Source: Eledone cirrhosa (taxonomy: Eukaryota). From it: a stretch of 64,000 nucleotides of DNA. This document shows, piece by piece, positions 27,401 to 42,273 of this stretch. Within the stretch, counting starts at the first letter, position 1, and each line of letters starts with the position of its first letter. The stretch is from the NCBI GenBank assembly GCA_964016885.1, contig OZ024755.1:24118001-24182000 (forward strand), written 5' to 3'. The position numbers were made by a program, and so were the translations under genes. Below the pieces are notes generated by a model. The model had not been told where the DNA came from. It saw only the letters and a program-made list of their open reading frames with translations, and searched no databases.

Positions 27401-30400
27401 ACATAGACTTCAGCTACTGTTTACATCGACTTCAGCTACTGTTTACATCGACTTCAGCTACTGGTTACATAGACTTCAGCTACAGTTTACATCGACTTCA
27501 GCTACTGTTTACATCGACTTCAGCTACTGTTTACATCGACTTCAGCTACTGTTTACATCGACTTCAGCTACTGTTTACATCGACTTCAGCTACTGTTTAC
27601 ATCGACTTCAGCTACTGTTTACATCGACTTCAGCTACTGTTTACATAGACTTCAGCATACTGTTTACATCGACTTCAGCTACTGTTTACATCGACTTCAG
27701 CTACTGTTTACATCGACTTCAGCTACTGTTTACATCGATTCAGCTACTGTTTACATCGACTTCAGCTACTGTTTACATCGACTTCAGCTACTGTTTACAT
27801 CGACTTCAGCTACTGGTTACATAGACTTCAGCTACTGTTTACATCGACTTCAGCTACTGTTTACATCGACTTCAGCTACTGTTTACATCGACTTCAGCTA
27901 CTGTTTACATCGACTTCAGCTACTGTTTACATCGACTTCAGCTACTGTTTACATCGACTTCAGCTACTGTTTACATCGACTTCAGCTACTGGTTACATCG
28001 ACTTCAGCTACTGTTTACATCGACTTCAGCTACTGTTTACATCGACTTCAGCTACTGTTTACATCGACTTCAGCTACTGTTTACATCGACTTCAGCTACT
28101 GTTTACATCGACTTCAGCTACTGTTTACATCGACTTCAGCTACTGTTTACATCGACTTCAGCTACTGTTTACATCGACTTCAGCTACTGTTTACATAGAC
28201 TTCAGCTACTGTTTACATCGACTTCAGCTACTGTTTACATCGACTTCAGCTACTGTTTACATCGACTTCAGCTACTGTTTACATCGACTTCAGCTACTGT
28301 TTACATCGACTTCAGCTCATGTTTACATCGACTTCAGCTACTGGTTACATCGACTTCAGCTACTGTTTACATCGACTTCAGCTACTGTTTACATCGACTT
28401 CAGCTACTGTTTACATCGACTTCAGCTACTGTTTACATCGACTTCAGCTACTGTTTACATCGACTTCAGCTACTGTTTACATCGACTTCAGCTACTGTTT
28501 ACATCGACTTCAGCTCATGTTTACATCGACTTCAGCTACTGGTTATATCGACTTCAGCTCTACTGTTTACATCGACTTCAGCTACTGTTTACATCGACTT
28601 CAGCTACTGTTTACATCGACTTCAGCTACTGTTTACATCGACTTCAGCTACTGTTTACATCGACTTCAGCTACTGTTTACATCGACTTCAGCTACTGTTT
28701 ACATCGACTTCAGCTACTGTTTACATCGACTTCAGCTACTGTTTACATCGACTTCAGCTCATGTTTACATCGACTTCAGCTACTGTTTACATCGACTTCA
28801 GCTACTGTTTACATCGACTTCAGCTACTGTACATCGACTTCAGCTACTGTTTACATCGACTTCAGCTACTGTTTACATCGACTTCAGCTACTGTTTACAT
28901 CGACTTCAGCTACTGTTTACATCGACTTCAGCTACTGTTTACATCGACTTCAGCTCATGTTTACATCGACTTCAGCTACTGGTTATATCGACTTCAGCTA
29001 CTGTTTACATCGACTTCAGCTACTGTTTACATCGACTTCAGCTACTGGTTACATAGACTTCAGCTACTGTTTACATCGACTTCAGCTACTGTTTACATCG
29101 ACTTCAGCTACTGTTTACATCGACTTCAGCTACTGTTTACATCGACTTCAGCTACTGTTTACATCGACTTCAGCTCATGTTTACATCGACTTCAGCTACT
29201 GGTTATATCGACTTCAGCTACTGTTTACATCGACTTCAGCTACTGTTTACATCGACTTCAGCTACTGTTTACATCGACTTCAGCTACTGTTTACATCGAC
29301 TTCAGCTACTGTTTACATCGACTTCAGCTACTGTTTACATCGACTTCAGCTACTGTTTACATCGACTTCAGCTACTGTTTACATCGACTTCAGCTACTGT
29401 TTACATCGACTTCAGCTACTGGTTACATAGACTTCAGCTACTGTTTACATCGACTTCAGCTACTGTTTACATCGACTTCAGCTACTGTTTACATCGACTT
29501 CAGCTACTGTTTACATCGACTTCAGCTACTGTTTACATCGACTTCAGCTCATGTTTACATCGACTTCAGCTACTGTTTACATCGACTTCAGCTACTGTTT
29601 ACATCGACTTCAGCTACTGTTTACATCGACTTCAGCTACTGTTTACATCGACTTCAGCTCATGTTTACATCGACTTCAGCTACTGTTTACATCGACTTCA
29701 GCTACTGTTTACATCGACTTCAGCTACTGTTTACATCGACTTCAGCTACTGTTTACATCGACTTCAGCTACTGTTTACATCGACTTCAGCTACTGTTTAC
29801 ATCGACTTCAGCTACTGTTTACATCGACTTCAGCTACTGTTTACATCGACTTCAGCTACTGTTTACATCGACTTCAGCTACTGTTTACATCGACTTCAGC
29901 TACTGTTTACATCGACTTCAGCTACTGTTTACATCGACTTCAGCTACTGTTTACATCGACTTCAGCTACTGTTTACATCGACTTCAGCTCATGTTTACAT
30001 CGACTTCAGCTACTGTTTACATCGACTTCAGCTACTGTTTACATCGACTTCAGCTACTGTTTACATCGACTTCAGCTACTGTTTACATCGACTTCAGCTA
30101 CTGTTTACATCGACTTCAGCTACTGTTTACATCGACTTCAGCTACTGTTTACATCGACTTCAGCTACTGTTTACATCGACTTCAGCTACTGTTTACATCG
30201 ACTTCAGCTCATGTTTACATCGACTTCAGCTACTGTTTACATCGACTTCAGCTACTGTTTACATCGACTTCAGCTACTGTTTACATCGACTTCAGCTACT
30301 GTTTACATCGACTTCAGCTACTGTTTACATCGACTTCAGCTACTGTTTACATCGACTTCAGCTACTGTTTACATCGACTTCAGCTACTGTTTACATCGAC

Positions 30401-33400
30401 TTCAGCTACTGTTTACATCGACTTCAGCTCATGTTTACATCGACTTCAGCTACTGGTTATATCGACTTCAGCTACTGTTTACATCGACTTCAGCTACTGT
30501 TTACATCGACTTCAGCTACTGTTTACATCGACTTCAGCTACTGGTTACATCGACTTCAGCTACTGTTTACATCGACTTCAGCTCATGTTTACATCGACTT
30601 CAGCTACTGGTTTACATCGACTTCAGCTACTGTTTACATCGACTTCAGCTACTGTTTACATCGACTTCAGCTACTGTTTACATCGACTTCAGCTACTGTT
30701 TACATCGACTTCAGCTACTGTTTACATCGACTTCAGCTACTGTTTACATCGACTTCAGCTCATGTTTACATCGACTTCAGCTACTGTTTACATCGACTTC
30801 AGCTACTGTTTACATCGACTTCAGCTACTGTTTACATCGACTTCAGCTACTGTTTACATCGACTTCAGCTACTGTTTACATCGACTTCAGCTACTGGTTA
30901 CATCGACTTCAGCTACTGTTTACATCGACTTCAGCTACTGTTTACATCGACTTCAGCTACTGTTTACATCGACTTCAGCTACTGTTTACATCGACTTCAG
31001 CTACTGTTTACATCGACTTCAGCTCATGTTTACATCGACTTCAGCTACTGTTTACATCGACTTCAGCTACTGTTTACATCGACTTCAGCTACTGTTTACA
31101 TCGACTTCAGCTCATGTTTACATCGACTTCAGCTACTGTTTACATCGACTTCAGCTACTGTTTACATCGACTTCAGCTACTGTTTACATCGACTTCAGCT
31201 ACTGTTTACATCGACTTCAGCTACTGTTTACATCGACTTCAGCTACTGTTTACATCGACTTCAGCTACTGTTTACATCGACTTCAGCTACTGTTTACATC
31301 GACTTCAGCTACTGTTTACATCGACTTCAGCTACTGTTTACATCGACTTCAGCTACTGTTTACATCGACTTCAGCTACTGTTTACATCGACTTCAGCTAC
31401 TGTTTACATCGACTTCAGCTACTGTTTACATCGACTTCAGCTACTGTTTACATCGACTTCAGCTACTGTTTACATCGACTTCAGCTACTGTTTACATCGA
31501 CTTCAGCTACTGTTTACATCGACTTCAGCTACTGTTTACATCGACTTCAGCTACTGTTTACATCGACTTCAGCTACTGTTTACATCGACTTCAGCTACTG
31601 TTTACATCGACTTCAGCTACTGTTTACATCGACTTCAGCTACTGTTTACATCGACTTCAGCTCATGTTTACATCGACTTCAGCTACTGTTTACATCGACT
31701 TCAGCTACTGTTTACATCGACTTCAGCTACTGTTTACATCGACTTCAGCTACTGTTTACATCGACTTCAGCTACTGTTTACATCGACTTCAGCTACTGTT
31801 TACATCGACTTCAGCTACTGTTTACATCGACTTCAGCTACTGTTTACATCGACTTCAGCTACTGTTTACATCGACTTCAGCTACTGTTTACATCGACTTC
31901 AGCTACTGTTTACATCGACTTCAGCTACTGTTTACATCGACTTCAGCTACTGTTTACATCGACTTCAGCTACTGTTTACATCGACTTCAGCTACTGTTTA
32001 CATCGACTTCAGCTACTGTTTACATCGACTTCAGCTACTGTTTACATCGACTTCAGCTACTGTTTACATCGACTTCAGCTCATGTTTACATCGACTTCAG
32101 CTACTGTTTACATCGACTTCAGCTACTGTTTACATCGACTTCAGCTACTGTTTACATCGACTTCAGCTACTGTTTACATCGACTTCAGCTACTGTTTACA
32201 TCGACTTCAGCTACTGTTTACATCGACTTCAGCTACTGTTTACATCGACTTCAGCTCATGTTTACATCGACTTCAGCTACTGGTTACATCGACTTCAGCT
32301 ACTGTTTACATCGACTTCAGCTACTGTTTACATCGACTTCAGCTACTGTTTACATCGACTTCAGCTACTGTTTACATCGACTTCAGCTACTGTTTACATC
32401 GACTTCAGCTACTGTTTACATCGACTTCAGCTACTGTTTACATCGACTTCAGCTACTGTTTACATCGACTTCAGCTACTGTTTACATCGACTTCAGCTAC
32501 TGTTTACATCGACTTCAGCTACTGTTTACATCGACTTCAGCTACTGTTTACATCGACTTCAGCTACTGTTTACATCGACTTCAGCTACTGTTTACATCGA
32601 CTTCAGCTACTGTTTACATCGACTTCAGCTACTGTTTACATCGACTTCAGCTACTGTTTACATCGACTTCAGCTACTGTTTACATCGACTTCAGCTACTG
32701 TTTACATCGACTTCAGCTACTGTTTACATCGACTTCAGCTACTGTTTACATCGACTTCAGCTACTGTTTACATCGACTTCAGCTACTGTTTACATCGACT
32801 TCAGCTACTGTTTACATCGACTTCAGCTACTGTTTACATCGACTTCAGCTACTGTTTACATCGACTTCAGCTACTGTTTACATCGACTTCAGCTACTGTT
32901 TACATCGACTTCAGCTACTGTTTACATCGACTTCAGCTACTGTTTACATCGACTTCAGCTACTGTTTACATCGACTTCAGCTACTGTTTACATCGACTTC
33001 AGCTACTGTTTACATCGACTTCAGCTACTGTTTACATCGACTTCAGCTACTGTTTACATCGACTTCAGCTACTGTTTACATCGACTTCAGCTACTGTTTA
33101 CATCGACTTCAGCTACTGTTTACATCGACTTCAGCTACTGTTTACATCGACTTCAGCTACTGTTTACATCGACTTCAGCTACTGTTTACATCGACTTCAG
33201 CTACTGTTTACATCGACTTCAGCTACTGTTTACATCGACTTCAGCTACTGTTTACATCGACTTCAGCTACTGTTTACATCGACTTCAGCTACTGTTTACA
33301 TCGACTTCAGCTACTGTTTACATCGACTTCAGCTACTGTTTACATCGACTTCAGCTACTGTTTACATCGACTTCAGCTACTGTTTACATCGACTTCAGCT

Positions 33401-35391
33401 ACTGTTTACATCGACTTCAGCTACTGTTTACATCGACTTCAGCTACTGTTTACATCGACTTCAGCTACTGTTTACATCGACTTCAGCTACTGTTTACATC
33501 GACTTCAGCTACTGTTTACATCGACTTCAGCTACTGTTTACATCGACTTCAGCTACTGTTTACATCGACTTCAGCTACTGTTTACATCGACTTCAGCTAC
33601 TGTTTACATCGACTTCAGCTACTGTTTACATCGACTTCAGCTACTGTTTACATCGACTTCAGCTACTGTTTACATCGACTTCAGCTACTGTTTACATCGA
33701 CTTCAGCTACTGTTTACATCGACTTCAGCTACTGTTTACATCGACTTCAGCTACTGTTTACATCGACTTCAGCTACTGTTTACATCGACTTCAGCTACTG
33801 TTTACATCGACTTCAGCTACTGTTTACATCGACTTCAGCTACTGTTTACATCGACTTCAGCTACTGTTTACATCGACTTCAGCTACTGTTTACATCGACT
33901 TCAGCTACTGTTTACATCGACTTCAGCTACTGTTTACATCGACTTCAGCTACTGTTTACATCGACTTCAGCTACTGTTTACATCGACTTCAGCTACTGTT
34001 TACATCGACTTCAGCTACTGTTTACATCGACTTCAGCTACTGTTTACATCGACTTCAGCTACTGTTTACATCGACTTCAGCTACTGTTTACATCGACTTC
34101 AGCTACTGTTTACATCGACTTCAGCTACTGTTTACATCGACTTCAGCTACTGTTTACATCGACTTCAGCTACTGTTTACATCGACTTCAGCTACTGTTTA
34201 CATCGACTTCAGCTACTGTTTACATCGACTTCAGCTACTGTTTACATCGACTTCAGCTACTGTTTACATCGACTTCAGCTACTGTTTACATCGACTTCAG
34301 CTACTGTTTACATCGACTTCAGCTACTGGTTACATCGACTTCAGCTACTGTTTACATCGACTTCAGCTACTGTTTACATCGACTTCAGCTACTGTTTACA
34401 TCGACTTCAGCTACTGTTTACATCGACTTCAGCTACTGTTACATCGACTTCAGCTACTGTTTACATCGACTTCAGCTACTGTTTACATCGACTTCAGCTA
34501 CTGTTTACATCGACTTCAGCTACTGGTTACATCGACTTCAGCTACTGTTTACATCGACTTCAGCTACTGGTTTACATCGACTTCAGCTACTGTTTACATC
34601 GACTTCAGCTACTGTTTACATCGACTTCAGCTACTGTTTACATCGACTTCAGCTACTGGTTACATAGACTTCAGCTACTGTTTACATCGACTTCAGCTAC
34701 TGTTTACATCGACTTCAGCTACTGTTTACATCGACTTCAGCTACTGGTTACATCGACTTCAGCTACTGTTTACATCGACTTCAGCTACTGGTTACATCGA
34801 CTTCAGCTACTGTTTACATCGACTTCAGCTACTGTTTACATCGACTTCAGCTAACTAGTGTTACATCGACTTCAGCTACTGTTTACATCGACTTCAGCTA
34901 CTGTTTACATCGACTTCAGCTACTGTTACTACATCGACTTCAGCTACTGTTTACATCGACTTCAGCTACTGTTTACATCGACTTCAGCTACTGTTTACAT
35001 CGACTTCAGCTACCTACTGGTTATATCGACTTCAGCTACTGTTTACATCGACTTCAGCTACTGTTTACATCGACTTCAGCTACTGGTTATATCGACTTCA
35101 GCTACTGGTTATATTGACTTCAGCTACTGTTTACATCGACTTCAGCTACTGGTTATATCGACTTCAGCTACTGGTTATATCGACTTCAGCTACTGGTTAC
35201 ATCGACTTCAGCTACTGGTTATTACATCGACTTCAGCTACTGGTTATTACATCGACTTCAGCTACTGGTTATTACATCGACTTCAGCTACTGGTTATTAC
35301 ATCGACTTCAGCTAGTGGTTATTACATCGACTTCAGCTACTGGTTATTACATCGACTTCAGCTACTGGTTATTACATCGACTTCACCTACT
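24483..35391. repeat. 22-bp tandem satellite (TTCAGCTACTGTTTACATCGAC)n, ~495 copies
   Basis: Directly visible. Variants CTCATG, GGTTAC, GGTTATAT and ACATAG occur, with 25-bp units (GGTTATTAC) at the right edge from ~35216. Confidence 0.99.
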
Positions 35392-36132
35392 TCAGATAGT
35401 AGTTCCATCAACCATGGCAAGCATCATAGCTACAATTCTCCCAAATTCTATGGGACACTCACACATAGTCTCAACCACCACTCATTACCATTCCTTCTAC
35501 AAGTAACAGCAACAGATACATTTATCACCCCTGCTAAGAGTATTCTATCAAAGATTACGTTTATAAGTTTCATGAGTAGTTTATGTTACATTTATATGAA
35601 AGTGAAGAGTGTTTGCCAAATTACTAAAATAATCAATTCCATTTGCATTTAAAGATAAAATTGAAGATTCTTTTATAAAGTAAATACCATATGTTAATGG
35701 ACAGAATACTATGTTTATAAACAGTACAGAAAAGAGGGAAAAGAAAGTTAGTGTAAGTTAGTATTATGAACTCATCAGTATTTTCCCCCGTTTTTAAGGT
35801 TATAATATATTAATGTACACATATGCACAGCATACATACATAATCGTAAATACTTGTAAGATTTGTACCTTTTACAAAATTAGATATATGCACATAGACC
35901 AATACTCATCTATTATATATATATATATTCATATATAGATAGATGTGTGTGTGTTTACGCACATACGTATTATATGCATACATTAAATATGTTTCCTATA
36001 TTAACATTTTAGGCTTACAGGCAGATGGATATAATGTTTACAGAGAATAACAAACACAGATAAAATAGCAAAAATTAATAAAAACAAAACATTCACACTT
36101 ATGGACACAGACACTCTGAACTGTATAGTACT

Positions 36133-36168
<36 letters not shown>

Positions 36169-36290
36169 AGAGAGGAGAGAAAGAGAGAAAGAGAAAGAGA
36201 GAAAGAGAGAGAGAGAGAAAGAGAGAGAAAGAGCGAAAGAGAGAGAGAAAGAGTCGAATCCTTGCTAGCAGGGGAAGTGGATGTTATAAT

Positions 36291-36604
36291 GATATATATA
36301 TATACACAAATATATTACACAGAGAAGTGTGTTACACAGTGAGATGTGTGTAAAGAATTATTACAAGTGAGTTTAACCGTTACTGTATGGAGAACAATAT
36401 CTACAGGTTAGCAATTAAATAGAAAAAAACTAAGTCAGAATCAAATCTCTGAAGTAGAGTTTTAAATTACCAACCTTATAACTATAAGCTATTTAATTGC
36501 TAACCTGTAGATATTGTTCTCCATACAGTAACGGTTAAACTCACTTGTAATAATTCTTTACACACATCTCACTGTGTAACACACTTCTCTTTGTGCAATA
36601 TATT

Positions 36605-36648
<44 letters not shown>

Positions 36649-36838
36649 AAGAGGGTGTGGTAAGATACCAGGTGGACCATAACGCACCAGAGTACTCGAT
36701 ACTTGGGGTAGTAGAGTGGGTTATATGAAAAGATTCAGGACCCCAACGGCTGAGCTGCGGCAGTTTCGACAGCTAGATCCGAACTCTGATCTAGTATCAA
36801 AACTGCCAAAGCTCAGCTGTCGGGGTCCTGAATTTTTT

Positions 36839-36846
<8 letters not shown>
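36291..36846. repeat. Two fold-backs (36291-36612, ~125-bp arms; 36722-36846, imperfect) within (TA)n
   Basis: Directly visible reverse-complement arms. Confidence 0.9.
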
Positions 36847-36883
<37 letters not shown>

Positions 36884-39335
36884 TAACTATAGTGACATAT
36901 GCATGCCCTATCATAGCCACACACACACATGCACACACGTGCATACACCACAAAAAGGATTATTCATCTGTTCACTACATGTAATTTATAGAATTTTATG
37001 TTTATATAATGAAGGAATATTTAACTCTAAAAGCTGTTCAAATATTGCCACATTACTAACTAATGAAGCAAAGGATTTAACAGTCCAGTTGCTGCTTAAA
37101 ACCACACACTGGTGTCTACATATAGGTAGATGAACCCAGAGGATCAGCTCAATACACTATCAACTCAACAATAATTACTCTTGATAATACTTACATTTTT
37201 ATATATTTATTCAAGAGTCCCATTGTTCTAAAAGATGGCAAAGGAGACACACTGGAACAGCCAATGGAATTGGCTGAGAAAAATCTACTTAAGGACCCTC
37301 ACACAAAAAAATCGATAAGTTTGTGAAACATTTGAGATGGCGAGCTTTCTTCTGATAGAAGCCACAACACACAGGAGTTTTATTAAAAGGCTTCAAAATC
37401 TACAGGACACCTCAGCTGAATCCTCTGCTCTTGCCATTCGAGAGACCTATTCAACCAGGTCAAAGGAGTTAAGTTCAAGCACTGTATCAACCAATTCCAA
37501 CAACAGCTCCACAATAAGATATGTGAGTGCCAAAGCACCGACATCTTCATGCAATTCGATAAAACTAGCAATAATATATTATATTATAAAATTAGCAATA
37601 ATATTTTGTCAACCCAGGTCGTTCCCTAAATAAGAACAGCTTGACCTCCATCTACAGAAAATCTAATCTTTGTATGATTCAGGAGATATATGCAGAGGGA
37701 TGAAACAGCACCTCTAGCCCATATATATAAATAAATATATATATATAGAGAGAGAGAGAGATAAATAAATAAATAGACAGATAGATAGATAGAGATATAG
37801 GCACCCAGATAGATAAACAGGTAAATAGATAGGAGTATTTTCACATTATGGAAACATGAAAGAAACAACATAAACGTGCTTGGTGTTAGGAAGGGTTTAC
37901 AGCAGCTGTAAAAACCCAGCCAAAACAAGGCTCCGCTATGAGCAAGGTATGGCACGGCCAACTGGCCAGACCTTCCTCATAACAGGACCACCCATCTCCC
38001 AAAATATGGTTCCGCTATGAGCAAAGTACAGCGTGGCCAACTGGCCAGACCCTCCTTATAACGAGACCATCCAGTTCTACACTGTAAACACAGTTGGTTT
38101 TAGAAAGTGCATCAAGCTGTAAAAAAAACAAAAAACACAGCCAAAATACAGTTCCATTTGAGCAAAGTGCAGCACAACCAGACTTTTCTCATTATGTGGA
38201 CAACTTGTCTAACCCATAAAAGCATGGAAAAATAGATGTTAAATGGTGATGATAATAGTTTATATGCTAGAATGATAACTTTTTTTAAAAAGGGAAGCAT
38301 GCACAAACACACAAGCACTCATACACGCACACAAGTACCAGACACACATTACAAATACAATGAATGTGTTATTTGAATTACAAAACTTATTTTCTTGGCT
38401 TAATAAGCATGCCTATCAACTCTTTTCCCTATATATATCAAAACGATTTAATCAACAAGAAAGAGTCGATGCTGAAAGAATTTAAAGTTAAAATGGCAAT
38501 TTTCCTCTGCTGTTAACCAACAAATTCAGGAAAGAAAAAGGAAACTAAACGTCTTAAGAGTTGTCATGACTTGAAAATCTGTTGTATGTTTTGAAGTGTT
38601 TGAGCTTTTTGTCTGAAAAATATTTTGCCTGTAATTAAATAGAAGCCATAATAGTGTGTTTCTCTTCGCAATATTTGACAAGAGAAAAAGAACTAATCAA
38701 AACATTGCTGCTTCCTTGCAGGGCTGGATTTAATGAGGAGCAAAGCGAGCAATTGCCCAGAGACCCTGCAGTGATGGGAGGGGGGCACCAGTAACAGACA
38801 TATCAATTTATTTGTGCCGTCAGCTGGGCTTTTTAGTTTTAGGACAGTTAGGATGTTTGAATTTAATACCTGTATGTATAACTTTTCAATTCTAATTATT
38901 TACACCAAGTTAATTTTGATATGTAAAATTGGGGGTTTGCTGTGTATTCTAATTCTTTGTGTATTAGGCATCTGTTCTGGATCTGTATGTTCTGAGTTCA
39001 AATCTCCCTTGTCACCAGAAAAGTGATAATGCTTCTGCCAAATTTTGCAACCAAGAGATAATGCTTCTTTGCAGTATAAAACAAGTTTCACATTCTATTT
39101 TCTTATATCCTAAATGTTGATAGTTTAATGTTTGATGGGTTAAATTGTTACTTATTTAAACATAAAATGAAATTATAAAACGATTTTCTTTCCAAACAGA
39201 AAAAAAAAAGAAAATGAGCAAGGTAATATTTCTGATAAAATATAACAAGAAAAATAGAGACACAGAAAATTACAAAGTTCTATTAGTAGTATGTCAGATA
39301 CCATTCCTAAGTTAAAATGCTAGTATGGTGTAATG

Positions 39336-39480
39336 AAATAATTATTTATAACATTAAAAGATATAAAATAATTATTTCTAACATATTAAAAGATACAAAA
39401 TAATTATTCATAACATTAAAAATATAAAATAACTATATATAACATAATGAAAGATATGAAATAATTGTCTGTGACATACA
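39336..39480. repeat. ~31-bp AT-rich tandem repeat, 4-5 degenerate copies
   Basis: AAATAATTATTTATAACATTAAAAGATATA repeated. Confidence 0.8.
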
Positions 39481-39599
39481 AAATATAAGATTTTAATTAT
39501 ATTTGATGTCTGGGTTTGTTGTCAGTATTTTCTCATCATCTGTTATCAAAGTTCACCTTATTATTAAGGTTGCTAAGTTCAGTACAGGTTTCATATAAC

Positions 39600-39870
39600 A
39601 AGAACTTCTCCAAATTGTTGGAGAGACTCATGTATTCTCATCTTTATGACTTCTATGAGAAAAATACTTTTTATTCTAAACAGTTTGGTTTTTGAAAGAA
39701 TTCCGGCAATAAAACTCATTAATAACATGACAGCTATGTCAAATATACATGTTACACTTGGAGTTTTCATCAATCTCAATAAAGCTTTCAACATAGAATA
39801 TTCATTAAAAAATCTTGAACATTATAGAGTTACTGATAAAGAACTATCATGATTCAAAAGTTACTTAGGC
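39600..39870 (+). mobile_element. L2/CR1-group reverse transcriptase fragment
   Basis: TLGVFINLNKAFN..KNLEHYRV..ELS*FKSYL resembles xFLDLSKAFD..KLExYG..WFKSYL. Confidence 0.65.
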
Positions 39871-42228
39871 AATGGATGAAAGGCAAAGCTAACCTCAGTG
39901 ATTGTAAGTCCGATGATCTAACCACTAAGCCATGCGCCTTTTTGACAAGTAATAGATTTGTAATATGAGGGTGTTTACAGAGTTATGTAATAATTCATGC
40001 TCAGCTAACCTTTACACAGCTTTATACTTCACAATCATACTTTTTCACAGCTTTATACTTCACTGTCATCTAGGAAGAATCCTGTTGCAGATTGTAAAAT
40101 CCATGTATCTTTGTAAAATTTCTTTTCGACTTCATACTTTGACTCAAATGTAAGTTTGATCTTAATTTCTGAATATTTACCTGCGTCTTCATACCATTCA
40201 CCATCAAAACAGCAAACAACTAACAAAACAAAAAATGATCAATTCTCTGGACAATTCTCCTCCTCTACAACATTCATGGACTTTCATCCAACCTCTTACT
40301 AACTACAAATCTCATCCCTATTTGAGACACACATCTCTCATCTTGAACCCATCATTTTTATTCGAGTATATTCCAGCTTCTTTCTGAAAAATGGTGCCTG
40401 CATTATTCTTAGCTATCACATCTCTCTATGAGATATCAGCAACAAAACTTCCAATGACTTTGATCCAGAAGCTCTAATCAGTTAATGATCTACATTCAAA
40501 CACTGCAAACGTATATACAAGCTAGGGCTGCCATTACAAACAGAAATATTTTAGACCATATCCAAAACAAGACTATTTTTTCTAATTCGCAAAAGCATGC
40601 TAACACGTAGACAGATACACAATTTCTTCTCTCTACTTCTTTATTTATGGCTACATAATATTCCACTTTTCCTTCTTATCAGATATTTACACTTCTCTTC
40701 CTCATAATAGTCTATGTCTTACCCCAGACTCCATATTTAACACTTTTCCCAATCATTGCTCTCTAGAGTTTTGAAAATCCTCTGCCCACTTTTTCCTGTA
40801 GACAATAACCTACTGAAAACATCAATTGTACCAACCCTGAGAGGATATACATATTACAATATGTTTTATTGTTACAATACATTACAATGAATGAGAGAGC
40901 AGGTGTTTATATTCCTCTACTAAATATGTTTGATTATAAACAACATTTTGTGTAGATAGATACGAGACAAATACTTGATTGCAGAAACAACATAACTAAA
41001 AGTTATGTTGTTACATCTCTATGTATAAATTGTGTTTATAGGAAGTATTGACTTAACTTGATGTTTTCATATAAAATATGTGTGAAAAATATGTTCATTT
41101 GGATTTCTATTAATCTATAAAATATGAGCTGTGTCAACAAACTTTTAAAATATTGCAATTTAATTAAAATTTTCCGTAAATGTATTAATAATTCTTTCTG
41201 TTAATAACCAAAAGAATATGTATTCCTTGTCAACACAAGTGTTTATTGCAGATATTAAAACATTATTTCCTGGTAACTTGTTATATTTACAATATTTTTC
41301 TGTGCTAGCTTTCATTCTTTGTTCTAATTATCATACAATTTGTAAGTTATCTTGTAATTCTCTAGTTTGAAAAAATCATTATAGACATTTTGTCAACTAG
41401 TTTTTCTATTTATCTAATGTCATCACATGACTTTGCAATCTATATTTTTTCTTAGTAAATATGTGATACAATTTATTTTTCAATATTTTTTTATAGTTCA
41501 TTTGAAATCACTCTTTACCTGAAATCCATATTGTTCACATCACCCCATTCTTTCACATCCTCCACTTTTTCTATCAATATATCTACATATATATGTATCC
41601 ATTATAAATCATCTTAACACACAAGTTAAAGGCACAGTAATACTTCATAAGGACAGAGCCAGTCTCATTTCCATTTAATGGTTCATTGTAAAGCATTTAA
41701 AATGAGGCTTTAATGTATGAAAAAATATGCTAATGATTAATAATTGTTTCTACTTTTGGCACAAGGCCAGCAATTTCCCCAGTGCATTACTGGTGCTTTA
41801 TTTTATCGACTGTAAGGATTTGAACTCAGACCGTAAAGGGCCGATATACATAAATACACACTTGCATACACAGAGAGATATCATAACTGTTCATTACATA
41901 CCAGATTTGCTGACCATCAAACATGATGTTGAATGAAAAGAAAGAAAAAAAAAAGTTTTAAACTGCTTTCTGAAGAGCTCTTGTCACTTCTGGTCACCTC
42001 ACAATAATAGCTATATATTATAGTTTTCAAGCTGCCAAATTAATGCTTAATTTGGTTAACAGCAAATTATTTCATTCTACATCGATTCACTTTAATTAAT
42101 TTTATGTTCAACTTTTGATAATTTCTGTTTCTAATTTATGGTTAATAATTTTTTTTAGTAATTATTAAATTTATAATTTTTACAAGTTTATATTTATGAA
42201 TTCATAAATTTTAGCCTATTTCTTTTTA

Positions 42229-42273
<45 letters not shown>

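Noticed and set aside
24483-35391. CRISPR array or telomeric repeat
   Set aside because: Units are contiguous with no unique spacers, there are no cas genes, the context is eukaryotic, and the unit is not TTAGGG-like.
24483-35391. miR-30 resemblance (minus-strand unit can be read starting TGTAAACA and is 22 nt long)
   Set aside because: Only the seed matches, there is no precursor hairpin, and miR-30 is a vertebrate family; likely coincidence with the forkhead motif.
24450-35652. Giant + strand ORFs (up to 1968 aa) of repeating FTSTSATVYIDFSYCLHRLQLL
   Set aside because: The 22-bp unit has no + strand stop, so all three frames are open and give the same peptide. Indels shift frame freely and ACATAG variants add stops, so there is no sign of coding constraint.
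37337-37633. Ser/Thr-rich 98-aa ORF
   Set aside because: No recognisable domain or splice context; probably decayed repeat sequence.
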